Below, piece after piece: positions 1-12,449 of a stretch of 64,000 nt of DNA (position 1 is the first letter of the stretch; the number at the start of each line of letters is the position of its first letter). This stretch comes from Squalus acanthias (taxonomy: Eukaryota): positions 54,004,001-54,068,000 of the forward strand of contig CM059438.1 in the NCBI GenBank assembly GCA_030390025.1. Reading direction: 5' to 3'. A program made the translations under genes and the position numbers. The notes under the pieces were generated by a model. It made no database searches. It saw only the letters and a list, made by a program, of their open reading frames with translations, and had not been told where the DNA came from.

Positions 1-1310
1 CCTAGAAATTCGTGGCCATCACGAAAGCTGCCGGTGCCATCACCGTTGGAGGTTAACAGCTGCTGAAAATGGTGGCGATGGCAGGACTGAAAAGTTGGCG
101 CTGAAGACTACTGATTATTAGCCCAGCGCTAAACTCGCCGTGTAACGCCCTCCTGGTGGCATTCGTCCTGGCATCAGGCCCCAATGTGGTGTCCACAAGC
201 AGCGTTGCAGCTTCCAACCGCTCTGAAAGCAAGGCTGTCATTTTGCAAAGCATTGTGGGATCTTAAAAGGGCAAAGCCTTCTGAAATAAAACTAAAAATG
301 ATGTAAAAATATGCAGTTTTCAGCCCTTACAGCTCAACTGCCTTCTGGAAAAAAAATTAACATTAAAAAGAATTCCCAAATGGAAGTCTTCAGTTCTTAA
401 AGCTGAATTGCCTTCCGCACCTAAAAAAAAAAGGGGGGAAAGTTCTTCAGCCCTAACCCAAATGGCTCAGCAAGCCAGGGAAGGGGCACCCAGGGTCTCA
501 CATGCAGAACTCCAGCTTTGTGCAGGGGGACAACACTGCAATAGAGGTCCTCTACCCACAGGGGCCAGGAGGCCCTCCAGAAAGAAGGATGTGGGACCAG
601 ATCACCGAGGCCGTCACTGCCAGCAGTGTCGCCACCACCCCCCCCTGCCCCCCACCACCACCACTTGGCTCCAGTGCCCAAAGATTCATGACTTCAGACC
701 AGTGGTCAAGGTCAGTGAATGCATCTTCAAAAGCCGTCTCCTACCAACTGCACCACTAGCCTCACACAGTGCTCAATGCACGACTCCCCCCCCCCCCCCC
801 CAATCACTCACCTACCAACAATCTCTACCAATCACTAGGCACACCTCACATTCCCAGCTTCACCTCACCACCTTGGAGGAGACGGTGTTGGCCATTCTTG
901 GCAGGAACATGGCTGAGCCCTTGACCAGCGGCGGGGCTAAAAGGATACAAGATGCTGGTATCTTTGTATTTTATCCTCCTCGCATGGACCTCTTGCTTTC
1001 CCGCCCTCCCCTCATCACAACTCCACCCTTGTGCCTTCCTCATTTCACACACCCAAGAAATGCAGCCAGTCAGCCAGTGGTTGACCAAGAAAAGAGAGAA
1101 GAAACACCGTCACTCGATTTCACACTCCCAGCCACCAGCTCCTCGAGGTCGCCATTTGCAGTGTCCCCCACAAAATCAGCAGCCTTCCACCAGCCATGCT
1201 GTAGCCACTGGGGTAGCACTGTGTGACAACAGTAGGATCGGCAAAGGCACACACAAGACAGTCACTAAGAGAATGCATACAGGTGATGAGTTGATTTCTT
1301 GATGTCACAT
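1..1310 (+). mobile_element. Decayed PIF/Harbinger-type element carrying a Myb/SANT-like ORF remnant
   Basis: The window opens with cctagaaatt, resembling the GGGGTAGAAATT TIR seen elsewhere here. From 461, across frameshifts: MAQQAREGAPRVSHAEL / EVLYPQG / WDQITEAVTASSV / TWLQCPKIHDF..VVKVS, a trihelix Myb/SANT pattern. Confidence 0.6.
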
Positions 1311-1321
1311 TGGATGGATAG

Positions 1322-3020
1322 ACACAAGACGTAGGAGCAGGAGTCGGTCATTTGGCCCCTCGAGCCTGCTCTGCCATTCAATAAGATCATGGCTGATCTG
1401 ATCTTGACCTCAACTCCACTTCCTTGCCCGCTCCTCATAACTCTTGACTCCCTTACCATTCAAAAATCTGTCTATCTCCACCTTAAATATATTCAATGAC
1501 CCAGCCTCCACAGCTCACCAGCGCCCTGTACAGTTGTAACAGGACTTCCCTACTTTTATACTCCATTCCCTTTGCAATAAAGGCCAACATTCCATTTGCC
1601 TTCCTAATTGCTGTACCTGCATGCTAACTTTTTGTGATTCATGTACAAGGACCCCTAGATCCCTCTGTACCTCAGCATTTTGTAATCTCTCCCCATTTAA
1701 ATAATTTGCTTTTTTATTTTTCCTACCAAAGTGGATAACCTTGCATTTTCCCACATTATACTCCATCTGCCAGATTTTTGCCCACTCACTTAGCCTATCT
1801 ATATCCCTTTGGAAATTCTTTGCGTCTACCACACAATATGTTGTCCCACCTATCTTTGTATCATCAGCAAATTTGGTTACATTACACTCAGTCCCTTCAT
1901 CCAAGTCATTAATATAGACTGTAAATAGTTGAGGCCCCAGCACTGATCCCTGCGGCACCTCACTAGTTACAGCTTGCCAACCTGAAAATGATCCATTTAT
2001 CCCGACTCTCTGTTTTCTGTTTGTTAGCCAATCCTCTATCCATGCTAATATATTACCCCCAATCCCGTGAGCTCTTATCTTGTGCAGTAACCTTTTATGT
2101 GGCACCTTATCGAATGCCTTTGGAAATCCAAATACACGACATCTACTGGTTCCCCTTTATCCACCCTGCTCGTTACATCCTCAAAGAACTCCAGCAAATT
2201 TGTCAAACATGATTTCCCTTTCATAAAACCATGCTGACTCTGCTTGACTATATTATGATTTTCTAAATGTCCTGCTACCACTTCCTTAATGATGGACTCC
2301 AGCATTTTCCCAATGACAGATGTTAGGTTAACTGGTCTATAGTTGCCTGCTTTCTGTCTCCCTCCTTTCTTAAATAGGGGCGTTACATTTGCGGTTTTCC
2401 AGTCCGCTGGGACCTCTCCAGAATCCAGGGAATTTTGGTAGATTACAACCAATGCATCCACTATCTCTGCAGCCACCTCTTTTAAGACTCTAGGATGCAG
2501 GCCATCGGGTCCAGGGGACTTGTCCAGCTTTAGTCCCATTAGTTAGCCTAGTACTTTCTCTCTAGTGATAGTGATTGTTTTAAGTCCCCCACCCACCCCA
2601 ATAGCCCCTTGATTATCCATTATTGGGATGCTTTTAGTGTCTTCCACCGTGAAGACCGATACAAAATATTTGTTCAACGTCTCCACCATTTCCCTGTTTC
2701 CCATTATTAATTCCCCAGACTCATCCTCTAGGGGACCAATGTTTACTTTAGCTACCTTCTTCCTTTTTATATACCTGTAGAAGCTCTTACTGTCTGTTTT
2801 TATATTTCTTGCTAGCTTACTCTCATAAGCTAACTTCTCTCTTTATCATTTTTTTAGTCGTCCTTTGCTGGTTTTTAATAATTTCCCAATCCTCTGGCCT
2901 TTCACTATTCTTCGCAGCATTGTATGCTTTTGTTTTCAATTTGATACCATCCTTTACTTCCTTAGTTAGCCACGGATGGTTCATCCTTCTCTTAGAGTCT
3001 TTCTTCCTCACTGGAATATA
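1322..3020 (-). mobile_element. CR1 LINE fragment (RT and 3' UTR, internal deletion near 1515)
   Basis: ORFs with [40 protein letters not shown]1-type 3' end near 1325-1400. Confidence 0.92.
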
Positions 3021-3277
3021 TAAATTTGGATTGGAAAGCTTGCTTTGTGGTGGCTTTTATTTCAGCATTGTGACCAAGAGGACGCTGTGATGGTCAGTAA
3101 CAGATGGAAGGTAAGGTGTGGGGCTAATGTGGAATGGGGAATTGGGGTTGTGGTCACTGGGACCGCTGGCGGATGATTCCATCCTGGATATCCCGGCCAG
3201 AAAGGGGCTGTCTGGGATGCATCCTTCCGTCTGCTTCCTCCTCTTCTGCATCTTCCTCTTCCCTCTGCGAGCGGAGG

Positions 3278-3412
3278 TTGTAAATCTGAAATAAAGGCAT
3301 AAAATGTTGGAAATACTCAGCAGGTCAGGCAGCATCTCGACCTGAAAGGTTAACTCTCTTTCTCTCTCCACGGATGCTGCCTGACCTGCTGAGTATTTCC
3401 AGCATTTTCTGT
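3278..3412. mobile_element. Penelope-like element terminus arranged as an inverted repeat
   Basis: aaaatgttggaaatactcagcaggtcaggcagcatc (3301-3336) is the near-perfect inverse of gatgctgcctgacctgctgagtatttccagcatttt (3373-3408). The same tail occurs at about 30520-30630. Confidence 0.7.
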
Positions 3413-3892
3413 CTTCTCAGAGGCCTTCCTTTACCATCCGAGGCCTTGCAAGCATCCAGCACCACTCACTGCAGTTAAAAAACTTTTAACATAATTGCAC
3501 CAAGCCACTACTTCAATAAAGCATGTAGCAAAGGCAGAGTGGTTTTAATGGGGGATTTTAACTTCCATATAGATTGGGATAAGCAGACCAGCTCATGTCA
3601 GACAGGAAGCGAATTTCTTGAGTGTGATCAGGATAATTTTCTGCAACATAAGTCCTAGAACCAAAAAGGGGGCAGGCCATATTACATTTAATAATGCACA
3701 ATGAGCCAGATTTAGTTTACAGCCTAATGGTGCGTGAACATTTATATAATAGCAATCATAATATGATGGAGTTCAACATTGTGTTTGAAAGGGAGAAACA
3801 CGAAACAGCTACTAATATTCTAGATTTAGGTAAGGCTGACTTCAATGCGATGAGACAGAGACTGTCCACAGTAAACTGGGCAAATCTGTAAA

Positions 3893-6800
3893 CATCATCA
3901 ACAATTTGTATTTATACAGCACCTTTAACGTCGTAAAACGTCCCAAGGCGCTTCACAGGAGTATTATAAGACCAAAAAAAATTGACACCGAGCCACATAA
4001 GGAGAAATTAGGGCAGGTGACCAAAAGCTTGGTCAAAGAGGTAGGTTTTAAGGAGCGTCTTAAAGGAGGAAAGAGAAGTAGAGAGGTTTAGGGAGGGAAT
4101 TCCAGAGCTTAGGGCCTAGGCAACAGAAGGCACGGCCACCAAAGGTTGAGCGATTATAATCAGGGATGCTCAAGAGGGCAGAATTAGAGGAGCGCCGATA
4201 TCTCGGGGGATTGTGGGGCTGAAGGAGATTACAGAGATGGGGAGGGGCAAAGCCATGGAGGGATTTTGAAAACAAGGATGAGAATTTTGAAATCGAGGCG
4301 TTGCTTAACTGGGAGCCAATGTAGGTCAGCGAGCACAGGGGTGATGGGCGAACAGGACTTGGTGCGAGTTAGGACACGGGCAGCCGAGTTTTGGATCACC
4401 TCAAGGGAGGCCAGCCAGGAGTGCATTGGAATAGTCAAGTCTAGAGGTAACAAAGGCATGGATGAAGGTTTCAGCAGCAGATGAGCTGAGGCAAGGGCGG
4501 AGACGGGCGATGTTACGGAGGTGGAAATCGGCAGCCTTAGTTATGCTGCAGATATGTGGTTGGAAGCTCATTTCAGGGTCAAATATGACACCAAGGTTGC
4601 GAACAGTGTGGTTCAGCCTCAGACAGATATTAGGGAGAGGGATGGAGTCAGTGGCTAGGGAACGGAGTTTGTGGCGAGGACCAAAAACAATGGCTTCGGT
4701 CTTCCCAATATTTAATTGGAGAAAATTTCTGCTCATCCAGAACTGGATGTCAGACAACCAGTCTGACCATGGAGGGGTCGAGAGAAGTGGTGGTGAGGTA
4801 GAACTGGGTGTCGTCAGCGTACATGTGGAAACTGACGCTGTGTTTTCGGATGATGTCGCCAAGGGGCAACATGTAGATGAGAAATAGGAGGGGGCAAAGG
4901 ATAGATCCTTGGGGGACACCAGAGGTAACGATGCGGGAGTGGGAGAAGAAGCCATTGCAGGTGATTTTCTTGCTACGATTAGATAGATAAGAATGGAACC
5001 AGGCAAGTGCAGTCCCACCCAGCTGGACGAATGTGGAGAGACATTGGCGAAGGATGGAGTGGTCAACCGTGTCAAAGGCTGCAGACAAGTCAAGAAGGAC
5101 GAGGAGGGATAGCTTACCTTTGTCACAGTCACAAAGGATGTCATTTGTGACTTTGAGGAGAGCCGTTTCGGTACTGTGGCAGGGGCGGAAACCTGATTGG
5201 AGGGATTGAAACATGGAATTGCGGGAAAGATGGGCAGGGATTTGGGAGGCGACAACATGTTCAAGGATTTTGGAGAGGAAAGAGAGGTTGGAGATGGGCT
5301 GGTAGTTTGCAAGGACGGAGGGGTCAAGGATTGTTTTTTTGAGAGGTGATGATGGCAGATTTGAGGGAGAGGGGGATAGTACCTGAGGATGGAAAACCGT
5401 TAACAATTTCAGCTAACACGGGAGCCAGAAAAGGAAGTTGGGTGGTCAGCAGTTTGGTGGGAATAGGGTCAGGGGAGCAGGAAGTGGGTCTCATGGACAA
5501 GATGAGCGCGGAGAGGTCATGAGGGGAGATCAGAGAGAAACTGGAGAAAGATGTGAGTTCAGGGCTAGGGCAGGGGGGAAGGGAAGTGGCAGAGGCAGCT
5601 GAACGGATGGTACATAGATACATAGAACAGTACAGCACAGTACAGGCCCTTCGGCCCTCGATGTTGTGCCGAGCATTGTCCGAGACCAAGATCAAGCTAT
5701 CACACTCCCTATCACTCTGGTGTGCTCCATGTGCTTATCCAATAACCGCTTGAAAGTTCCTAAAGTGTCCGACTCCACTATCACAGCAGGCAGTCCATTC
5801 CACACCCCAACCACTCTGAGTAAAGAATCTACCTCGGACATCCCTTCTATATCTCCCCCCATGCACCTTATAGTTATGCCCCCTTGTAACAGCTGCCTCT
5901 ACCTGAGGAAATAGTCTCTGAACATCCATTCTATCTATCCCCCTCATCATCTTATAAACCTCTATTAAGTCGCCTCTCATCCTCCTCCGCTCTAAAGAGA
6001 AAAGCCCCAACTCCCTCAATCTTTCCTCATAAGACCTCCCCCCCAAACCAGGCAGCATCCTGGTAAATCTCCTTTGCACTCTTTCCAATGCTTCCACGTC
6101 CTTCCTATAGAGATGGTGACCAGAACTGCACACAATATTCCAAATGTGGTCTCACCAAGGTCCTGTACAGTTGCAGCATAACCTCACAGTTCTTAAACTC
6201 AAACCCTCTGTTAATAAATGCCAACACACCATAGGCCTTCTTTACTGCTCTATCCACTTGAGTGGCAACCTTCAGAGATCTGTGGATATGAACCCCCAGA
6301 TCCCTCTGCTCCTCCACGTTCCTCAGAACCCTGCCGTTGACCCTGTAATCCTTATTCAAATTTGCCCTACCAAAATGAATCACCTCGCACTTATCAGGGT
6401 TAAATTCCATCTGCCATTTTTCGGCCCAGCTCTGCATTCTATCAATGTCTCTTTGCAGCCTACAACTGCCCTCCACCTCATCCACTGCTCCACCAATCTT
6501 GGTGTCATCAGCAAATTTACTGATCCACCCTTCAGTCCCCTCCTCCAAGTCATTGATAAAAATCACAAACAGCAGAGGACCCAGCACCGACCCCTGTGGC
6601 ACACCGCTGGTAACTGGTCTCCAGTCCGAAAATGTTCCATCCACCACCACCCTCTGCCTTCTATGAGATAGCCAGTTACTTATCCAATCGGCCAAATTTC
6701 CCTCTATCCCACAACTCCTTACTTTCTTCATGAGCCGACCATGGGGAACCTTATCAAACGCCTTACTAAAATCCATGTATACGACATCAACTGCTCTACC

Positions 6801-9260
6801 TTCATCTACACACTTAGTTACCTCCTCAAAGAATTCAATCAAATTTGTTAGGCAAGACTTACCCTTCACGAATCCGTGTTGACTATCCCTGATTAAGTTG
6901 CCCCTTTCCAAATGGTCATAAATCCTATCCCTCAGGACCTTTTCCATTATCTTACCAACCACCGAAGTAAGACTAACCGGCCTATAATTACCAGGGTCAT
7001 TCCTATTTCCTTTCTTGAAGAGAGGAACAACATTCGCCACTCTCCAGTCCTCTGGCACCATCCCCGTGGACAGTGAGGACCCAAAGATCAAAGCCAGAGG
7101 CTCTGCAATCTCCTCCCTTGCCTCCCAAAGAATCCTAGGATATATCCCATCTGGCCCAGGGGACTTATCGACCCTCAGGTTCTTCAAAATTGTTAAAACA
7201 TCTTCCCTCAGAACATCTACCACCTCCAGCCTATCCACCTTTATCACACTCTCATCCTCAAGAACATGGCCCCTCTCCTCGGTGAACACTGACGAAAAGT
7301 ATTCATTCATCACCTCTCCTATCTCTTCTGACTCCATGCACAAGTTCCCACTACTGTCCTTGACCGGCCCTACCCTCACCCTGGTCATTCTTTTATTTCT
7401 CACATAAGAGTAAAAAGCCTTGGGGTTTTTCTTGATCCGACCCGCCAAGGACTTCTCATGCCCCCTCCTAGCTCTCCTAAGCTCTTTTTTTAGCTCATTC
7501 CTTGCTACCTTGTACCCCTCAATCGACCCAACTGAACCTTGTTTTCTCATCCTTACATACGCTTCCTTTTTCCTCTTGACTAGACATTCAACCTCTTTTG
7601 TGAACCATGGTTCTCTCACTCGGCCATTTCCTCCCTGCCTGACAGGGACATACCTATCAAGGACACGCAGTAATTGCTCCATGAAAAAGCTCCACTTTTC
7701 GTTTGTGCCTTTCCCTGATAGTTTCTGTTCCCATCTTATACTCCCTAATTCTTGCCTAATCGCATCATAATTACCCCTCCCCCAATTATAAACCCTGCCC
7801 TGCCGTATGGCCCTATCCCTCTCCATTGCAATAGTGAAAGTTACCGAATTGTGGTCACTATCTCCAAAGTGCTCTCCCACATACAAATCAAACACTTGGC
7901 CCGGTTCATTACCCAGTACCAAATCCAATGTGGCCCCACCTCTTGTCGGCCTATCCACATATTGTGTCAGGAAACCCTCCTGCACACACTGTGCAAAAAC
8001 TATCCCATCCGAACTGTTTGACCTATAAAGGTTCCAATCAATATTTGGAAAGCTGAAGTCACCCATGACAACTACTCTGTGACCTCCACACCTATTCATA
8101 ATCTGCTTTGCAATTTCTTCCTCCACATCTTTATTACTATTTGGGGGCCTGTAGAAAACTCCTAACAACGTGACCGCTCCTTTCCTATTTCTAACTTCAG
8201 CCCATATTACCTCAGACGGCAGATCCCCCTCGAACTGCCTTTCTGCCGCTGTTAAACTATCCTTGATTAACAATGCTACTCCTCCACCTTTCTTACCAAC
8301 TTCCCTACTCTTACTGAAACATCTATACCCCGGAACTTCCAACAACCATTCCTGTCCCTGTTCTAACCATGTCTCCGTAATGGCCACCACATCGTAGTCC
8401 CAAGTACCAATCCACGCTCCAAGTTCTCCTACCTTATTCCGGATGCTCCTTGCATTGAAGTAGACACACTTCAAGCCATCTTCCTGTCTGCTGGTACATT
8501 CCTGCGACCTTGATACCCTCCTCAGTACCTCCCTACACTCACCACTGGCTCGTGGACTACAGCCCTTTTTCCCATCCCCCTGACAAATTAGTTTAAACCC
8601 CCCCGAAGAGCCGTAGCAAATTTCCCTCCCAGGATATTGGTGCCCCTCTGGTTCAGGTGCAAACCGTCCTGTTTGTACAGGTCCCACCTTCCCCAGAATG
8701 TGCTCCAATTATCCACATAACTGAAACCCTCCCCCCTACACCATCCCTGCAGCCACGTGTTTATCTGCACTCTCTCCCTGTTCCTCAACGCGCTAGCACG
8801 TGGCACCGGCAACAAACCAGAAATTACAACATGGTTTGTACTGGCTCTCAGCTTCCAACCTAGCTCCCTAAATTCCTGTTTTAAATCCCCGTCCCTTCTC
8901 CTACCTATGTCGTTGGTACCGATGTGTACCACGACTTGTGATTGTTCCCCCTCCCCTTTGAGGATTCTGAAAACACGGTCCGAGACGTCACGGACCCTGG
9001 CACCCGGGAGGCAACATACCATCCGTGAGTCTCTTTTGCTGCCACAGAACCTCCTATCTGTCCCTCTGACTATTGAGTCCCCAATAACTATTGCTCTCCC
9101 TCAATCTTAGAGACAAAGAAGTCCATGAGCTCCTCACACTTGTTGTCGGAGGGGAGGGTGGAGGAGACTGGGGAGAGGGGTTTAAGAAGACGGTTAGCAG
9201 TGGAGAATAGAAGCCGGGGTTTATCTTTGCATTCCAGAATGATTCTGGAATAGTGAGCAA
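3893..9260 (-). mobile_element. L2 LINE (3893-5611 and about 9100-9260) interrupted by a CR1
   Basis: QSGFRPCHSTETALLKV, LLDLSAAFDTVDH, YADDTQ, LADLHWLPV, GGRAF; (caa)n-like 3' tail at 3893. Confidence 0.9.
5612..9099 (-). mobile_element. CR1 copy A: 5'-truncated within ORF1 (SGNH esterase), near-intact ORF2 (APE endonuclease and RT), one frameshift near 6110
   Basis: ORF1 has IGDS, HIGTND and DGLH and ends GGLN* at 8588. The ORF2 frame is open from the junction to 6105 with NARS, TETW, GDF, SDH and FADDTK. 3' tail ctatgt repeats. Confidence 0.95.
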
Positions 9261-10652
9261 TTTTGGCAGATGAGAGTTAAGGGTAAATCGACAGAAGATC
9301 AGTTGGAGGTGTTCAAAAAAGACCCCCTAATGGGGCAGAAGCTCTATTTACCAAAAAAAACAGCCATGGACGACCAAAGAGGTAAGGGTTAGCATAAAAC
9401 TAAAAGAAAAAGCAGACAAAAATGCAAAAACTAGCACAGATCCTGGCAATTGGGAGAGATACAAAGAACAGCAAAGGGTGACAAAACAGATAGAGCTACA
9501 AAAAGAGGGAGTATGAAAAGAAACTTGCAAGAGATATCAAAATCAATACTTTTTTTACAATTATATTAGGAAGAAGAGGGTGGTCAGGAGCAACGTGGGG
9601 CCCCTTGAAAACCGATAACGGTGATATTGTCAATGATAAGGAAATGTCCGACGTATTGAATAATTACTTTGTGGGTATTTACAGTAGAGGAAGAGGATAG
9701 CATGCTGGAAATCCCAAGGAAACTAATATTGAATCAGGGACAGGGACTCAATAAAATTAACATAAGCAAAATAACTAATAAAGAAAATAATGGCACTGAA
9801 GAGTGATAAATTCCCAGGACCAGATTGTTTCCAGCCCAAGGTTTTAAAGAAAGTGGGTGAGAACATTGCAGATGCCCTAACTATAATCTTCCAAAGTTCT
9901 CTCGATTTGGGAACTGTTCCTTTAGATTGGAAAAATGTGCATGTCACTCTGCTATTTAAGAATGGCGAGAGAGGGAAACCAGGGAATTATAGACCAGTGA
10001 GCCTAACATCTGTTGTCAGGAAATTGCTAGAGTCTATAATTAAGGATAGGGTGACTGAACACCTCAAAAAATTTTAGCTGATCAGAGAGAGCCAGCATGG
10101 ATTTGTAAAGGGTAGGTCATGCCTGGCAAACCTGATTGAATTTTTTGAAGAGGCGTCTCAAGTAGTGGGCACGGGAATGTCTATGGATGTTATTTATATG
10201 GACTTCCAGAAGGCATTTGATAAAGTCCCTCAAAATAGACTATTAACTAATGTTGAAGCTCATGGAATTGAAGGCAAATTATTGACCTGGTTAGGAAATT
10301 GGCTGAGCGGCAGGAGATGGAGAGTAAGGATAACGGGCAGGTTAGCAGGATGTGACTAGTGGCATCCTACAAGGATCTGTGTTGGGGCCTCAACTATTCA
10401 CTGTATTTATTAACGACTCAAATGGCAGGATAGAGAGCAACATATCCAAATTTGCCGATGACACAAAGATAGGTTGCACTGTAAGCAGTGTAGATGGAAG
10501 CATAAAATTAAAAAGATATTAATAGATTAAGTGAATGGGCAAAACATTATCATTGGCTAACACTCCAACTGCACACTAGGTTACAGCCTTCACTATCACT
10601 GGTTAACATTCTAACCATGCACTAGGTTAACAGCGGTTACTATCACTGGTTA

Positions 10653-11220
10653 ACAACAATTTGTATTTATATAGCGCCTTTAATGTAGTAAAACGTCCCA
10701 AAGTGCTTCACAAAGGTTATCATACAAAATGTGACACCGAGCCACGAGATATTAGGGCAGCCGAGGAGAGGCATTGGAGGAGGATCGAGTGGTCAACTGT
10801 GTCAAAGGCTGTAGACAGGACGAGAAAGATGAGGAGGGATAGTTTACCTTTGCCACAGTCACATAGGATGTCATTTGTGACTTTGATAAGAGTCGTTTCA
10901 GTACTGTGGCAGGGGTGGAAACCTGATTGGACAGGTTCAAACATGGAATTGTGGGAAAGATGGGCATGGATTTGGGAGGCGACAACATGTTCAAGGACTT
11001 TGGAGAGGAAAGGGAGGTTGGAGATGGGACGATAGTTTGCAAGGACGGAGGGGTCAAAGGTTGGTTTTTTGAGGAGAGGGATGTTGATGGCAGATTTGAA
11101 GGGGAGGGGGACAGTAACTGAGGACAGAGAACTGTTAACAATATCAGTTAATGTGGGAGCCAGGTAGGGAAGTTGGGTGGTCAGCCGTTTCATGCGAATA
11201 GGGTCGAGGGAGCAGGAGGT
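10653..11220 (-). mobile_element. L2 LINE fragment with internal deletion
   Basis: ANYRPISNLPFLSK, QSGFHPCHSTETTL; L2 3' tail near 10655-10760. Confidence 0.85.
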
Positions 11221-11304
11221 TAACAGTCCAACAGCACACCAGGTTATACAGCATTTACTATCACTGGTTAACACTCTAACCACACACACTAGATTACAGC
11301 CTTT

Positions 11305-11738
11305 AAAAAGAAAAGAAATATCTTGCATTTATATATCGCCTTTCACGACCTCAGGACGTCTCAAAGTGCTTTACAGCCAATGAAGTACTTTTGAAGTGCA
11401 GTGACTGTTGTAATGTAGGAAACGTGACAGCCTATTTGCGCACAGCAAGCTCCCACAAACAGCTGATTGAGGGATAAACATTGGCCAGGACACTGGGGAG
11501 AACTCCCCTGCTCTTCCTTGAATAGTGCCATGGGATCTTTTACGTCCACCTGAAAAGGTAGACATGACCTCAGTTTAATGTCTCATCCAAAAGACAGCGC
11601 CTCTGACAGTGCAGCAGTCTCTCAGCACTGCACTGGAGTGTTAGCCTGGATTATGTGTTCCAGTCTCTGGAGTGGGACTTGAACCCACGACCTTCTGACT
11701 CAGAGGCGAGAGTGAAACACTGAATGACGGCTGACTCT
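11305..11738 (-). mobile_element. tRNA-derived SINE with Deu-type central domain and L2-like tail (SacSINE1/DeuSINE-like)
   Basis: Minus-strand head with B box GGTTCAAGTCC; central GCACTGTCAGAGGCGCTGTCTTTTGGATGAGAC; 3' end resembles the L2 tails in this window. Confidence 0.75.
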
Positions 11739-12016
11739 GATATCGTAGGTTAACAGCCTTTACCATTACTGGTTAACATTCCAACTGCACACTAGTTACA
11801 GCCTTTACTAACATTGGTTAACACTCCAACAGCACACTGCCAGTTACAGCCTTTACACTGATTCGAGGGCCCGTGTGGGGGCATCATTTGGTGTGGTTCA
11901 AAATTAAAAGGACTAAAAGCCCAACCATGTGGAGGAACGTTTCGCTACCTCACCGCTTTCACCCTCACCAATTAACAACCTCGCCGCTTTCTGTCTCACC
12001 ACTTTGTACCCCTCAT

Positions 12017-12172
12017 CAATGTTCCCTCTTTTTTTCGTGCGCGGTCCCTTTAAATTTGCTGCGCGGCCGCACATGCACAGTATCTTCCAGCAGCAACAGC
12101 TGGTGAGCAGCCTGCGCGGGACCTCCTGATTGATGTGCGATTGTGCGGCCGCACACCTTAGGGGGGACATTG
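12017..12172. mobile_element. hAT-type MITE, 156 bp
   Basis: TIRs caatgttccctct / aggggggacattg; 8-bp TSD cccctcat / cccctcac; second copy at 25476-25629. Confidence 0.8.
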
Positions 12173-12449
12173 CCCCTCACCGCTTTCTGTCTCACCGCTG
12201 AGGGACCCCAAGGTGAAAGGTCATCAGTTACTGGGGAAGGCTGAGGGACCCCAAGGTGAAAGGTCATCAGTTAGAGGGGAAGGTAAAATGGATGCTTCAG
12301 TTCTGTCAGTATTAAGCTGGTGGAATGTTTTTGCTCATGCTGATCTTGATATTGGACAGGCAGTTGGAGACTGTGGCAACAGCCTTTCAATCACAGAATA
12401 CAGAGAAGTTACAACACAGAAATAGGTCATTTAGTCCAACCAATTTGGG

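Larger units (their letters stand above)
3490..10545 (+). mobile_element. Old CR1 LINE (EN fragment 3490-3890, resuming about 9260-10545) hosting nested L2 and CR1 insertions
   Basis: GDFNFHIDW and SNHNMMEF endonuclease motifs on the left; FPGPD, NYRPVSLTS and DFQKAFDKVP on the right. Confidence 0.8.
10551..11860. repeat. Degenerate ~45-bp tandem repeat split by L2 and SINE insertions
   Basis: Units like actggttaacactccaactgcacactaggttacagcctttactatc at about 10551-10655, 11220-11303 and 11748-11860. Confidence 0.7.

Noticed and set aside
11660..11738. tRNA gene
   Set aside because: A tRNA-derived SINE head continuous with a SINE body; no full cloverleaf.
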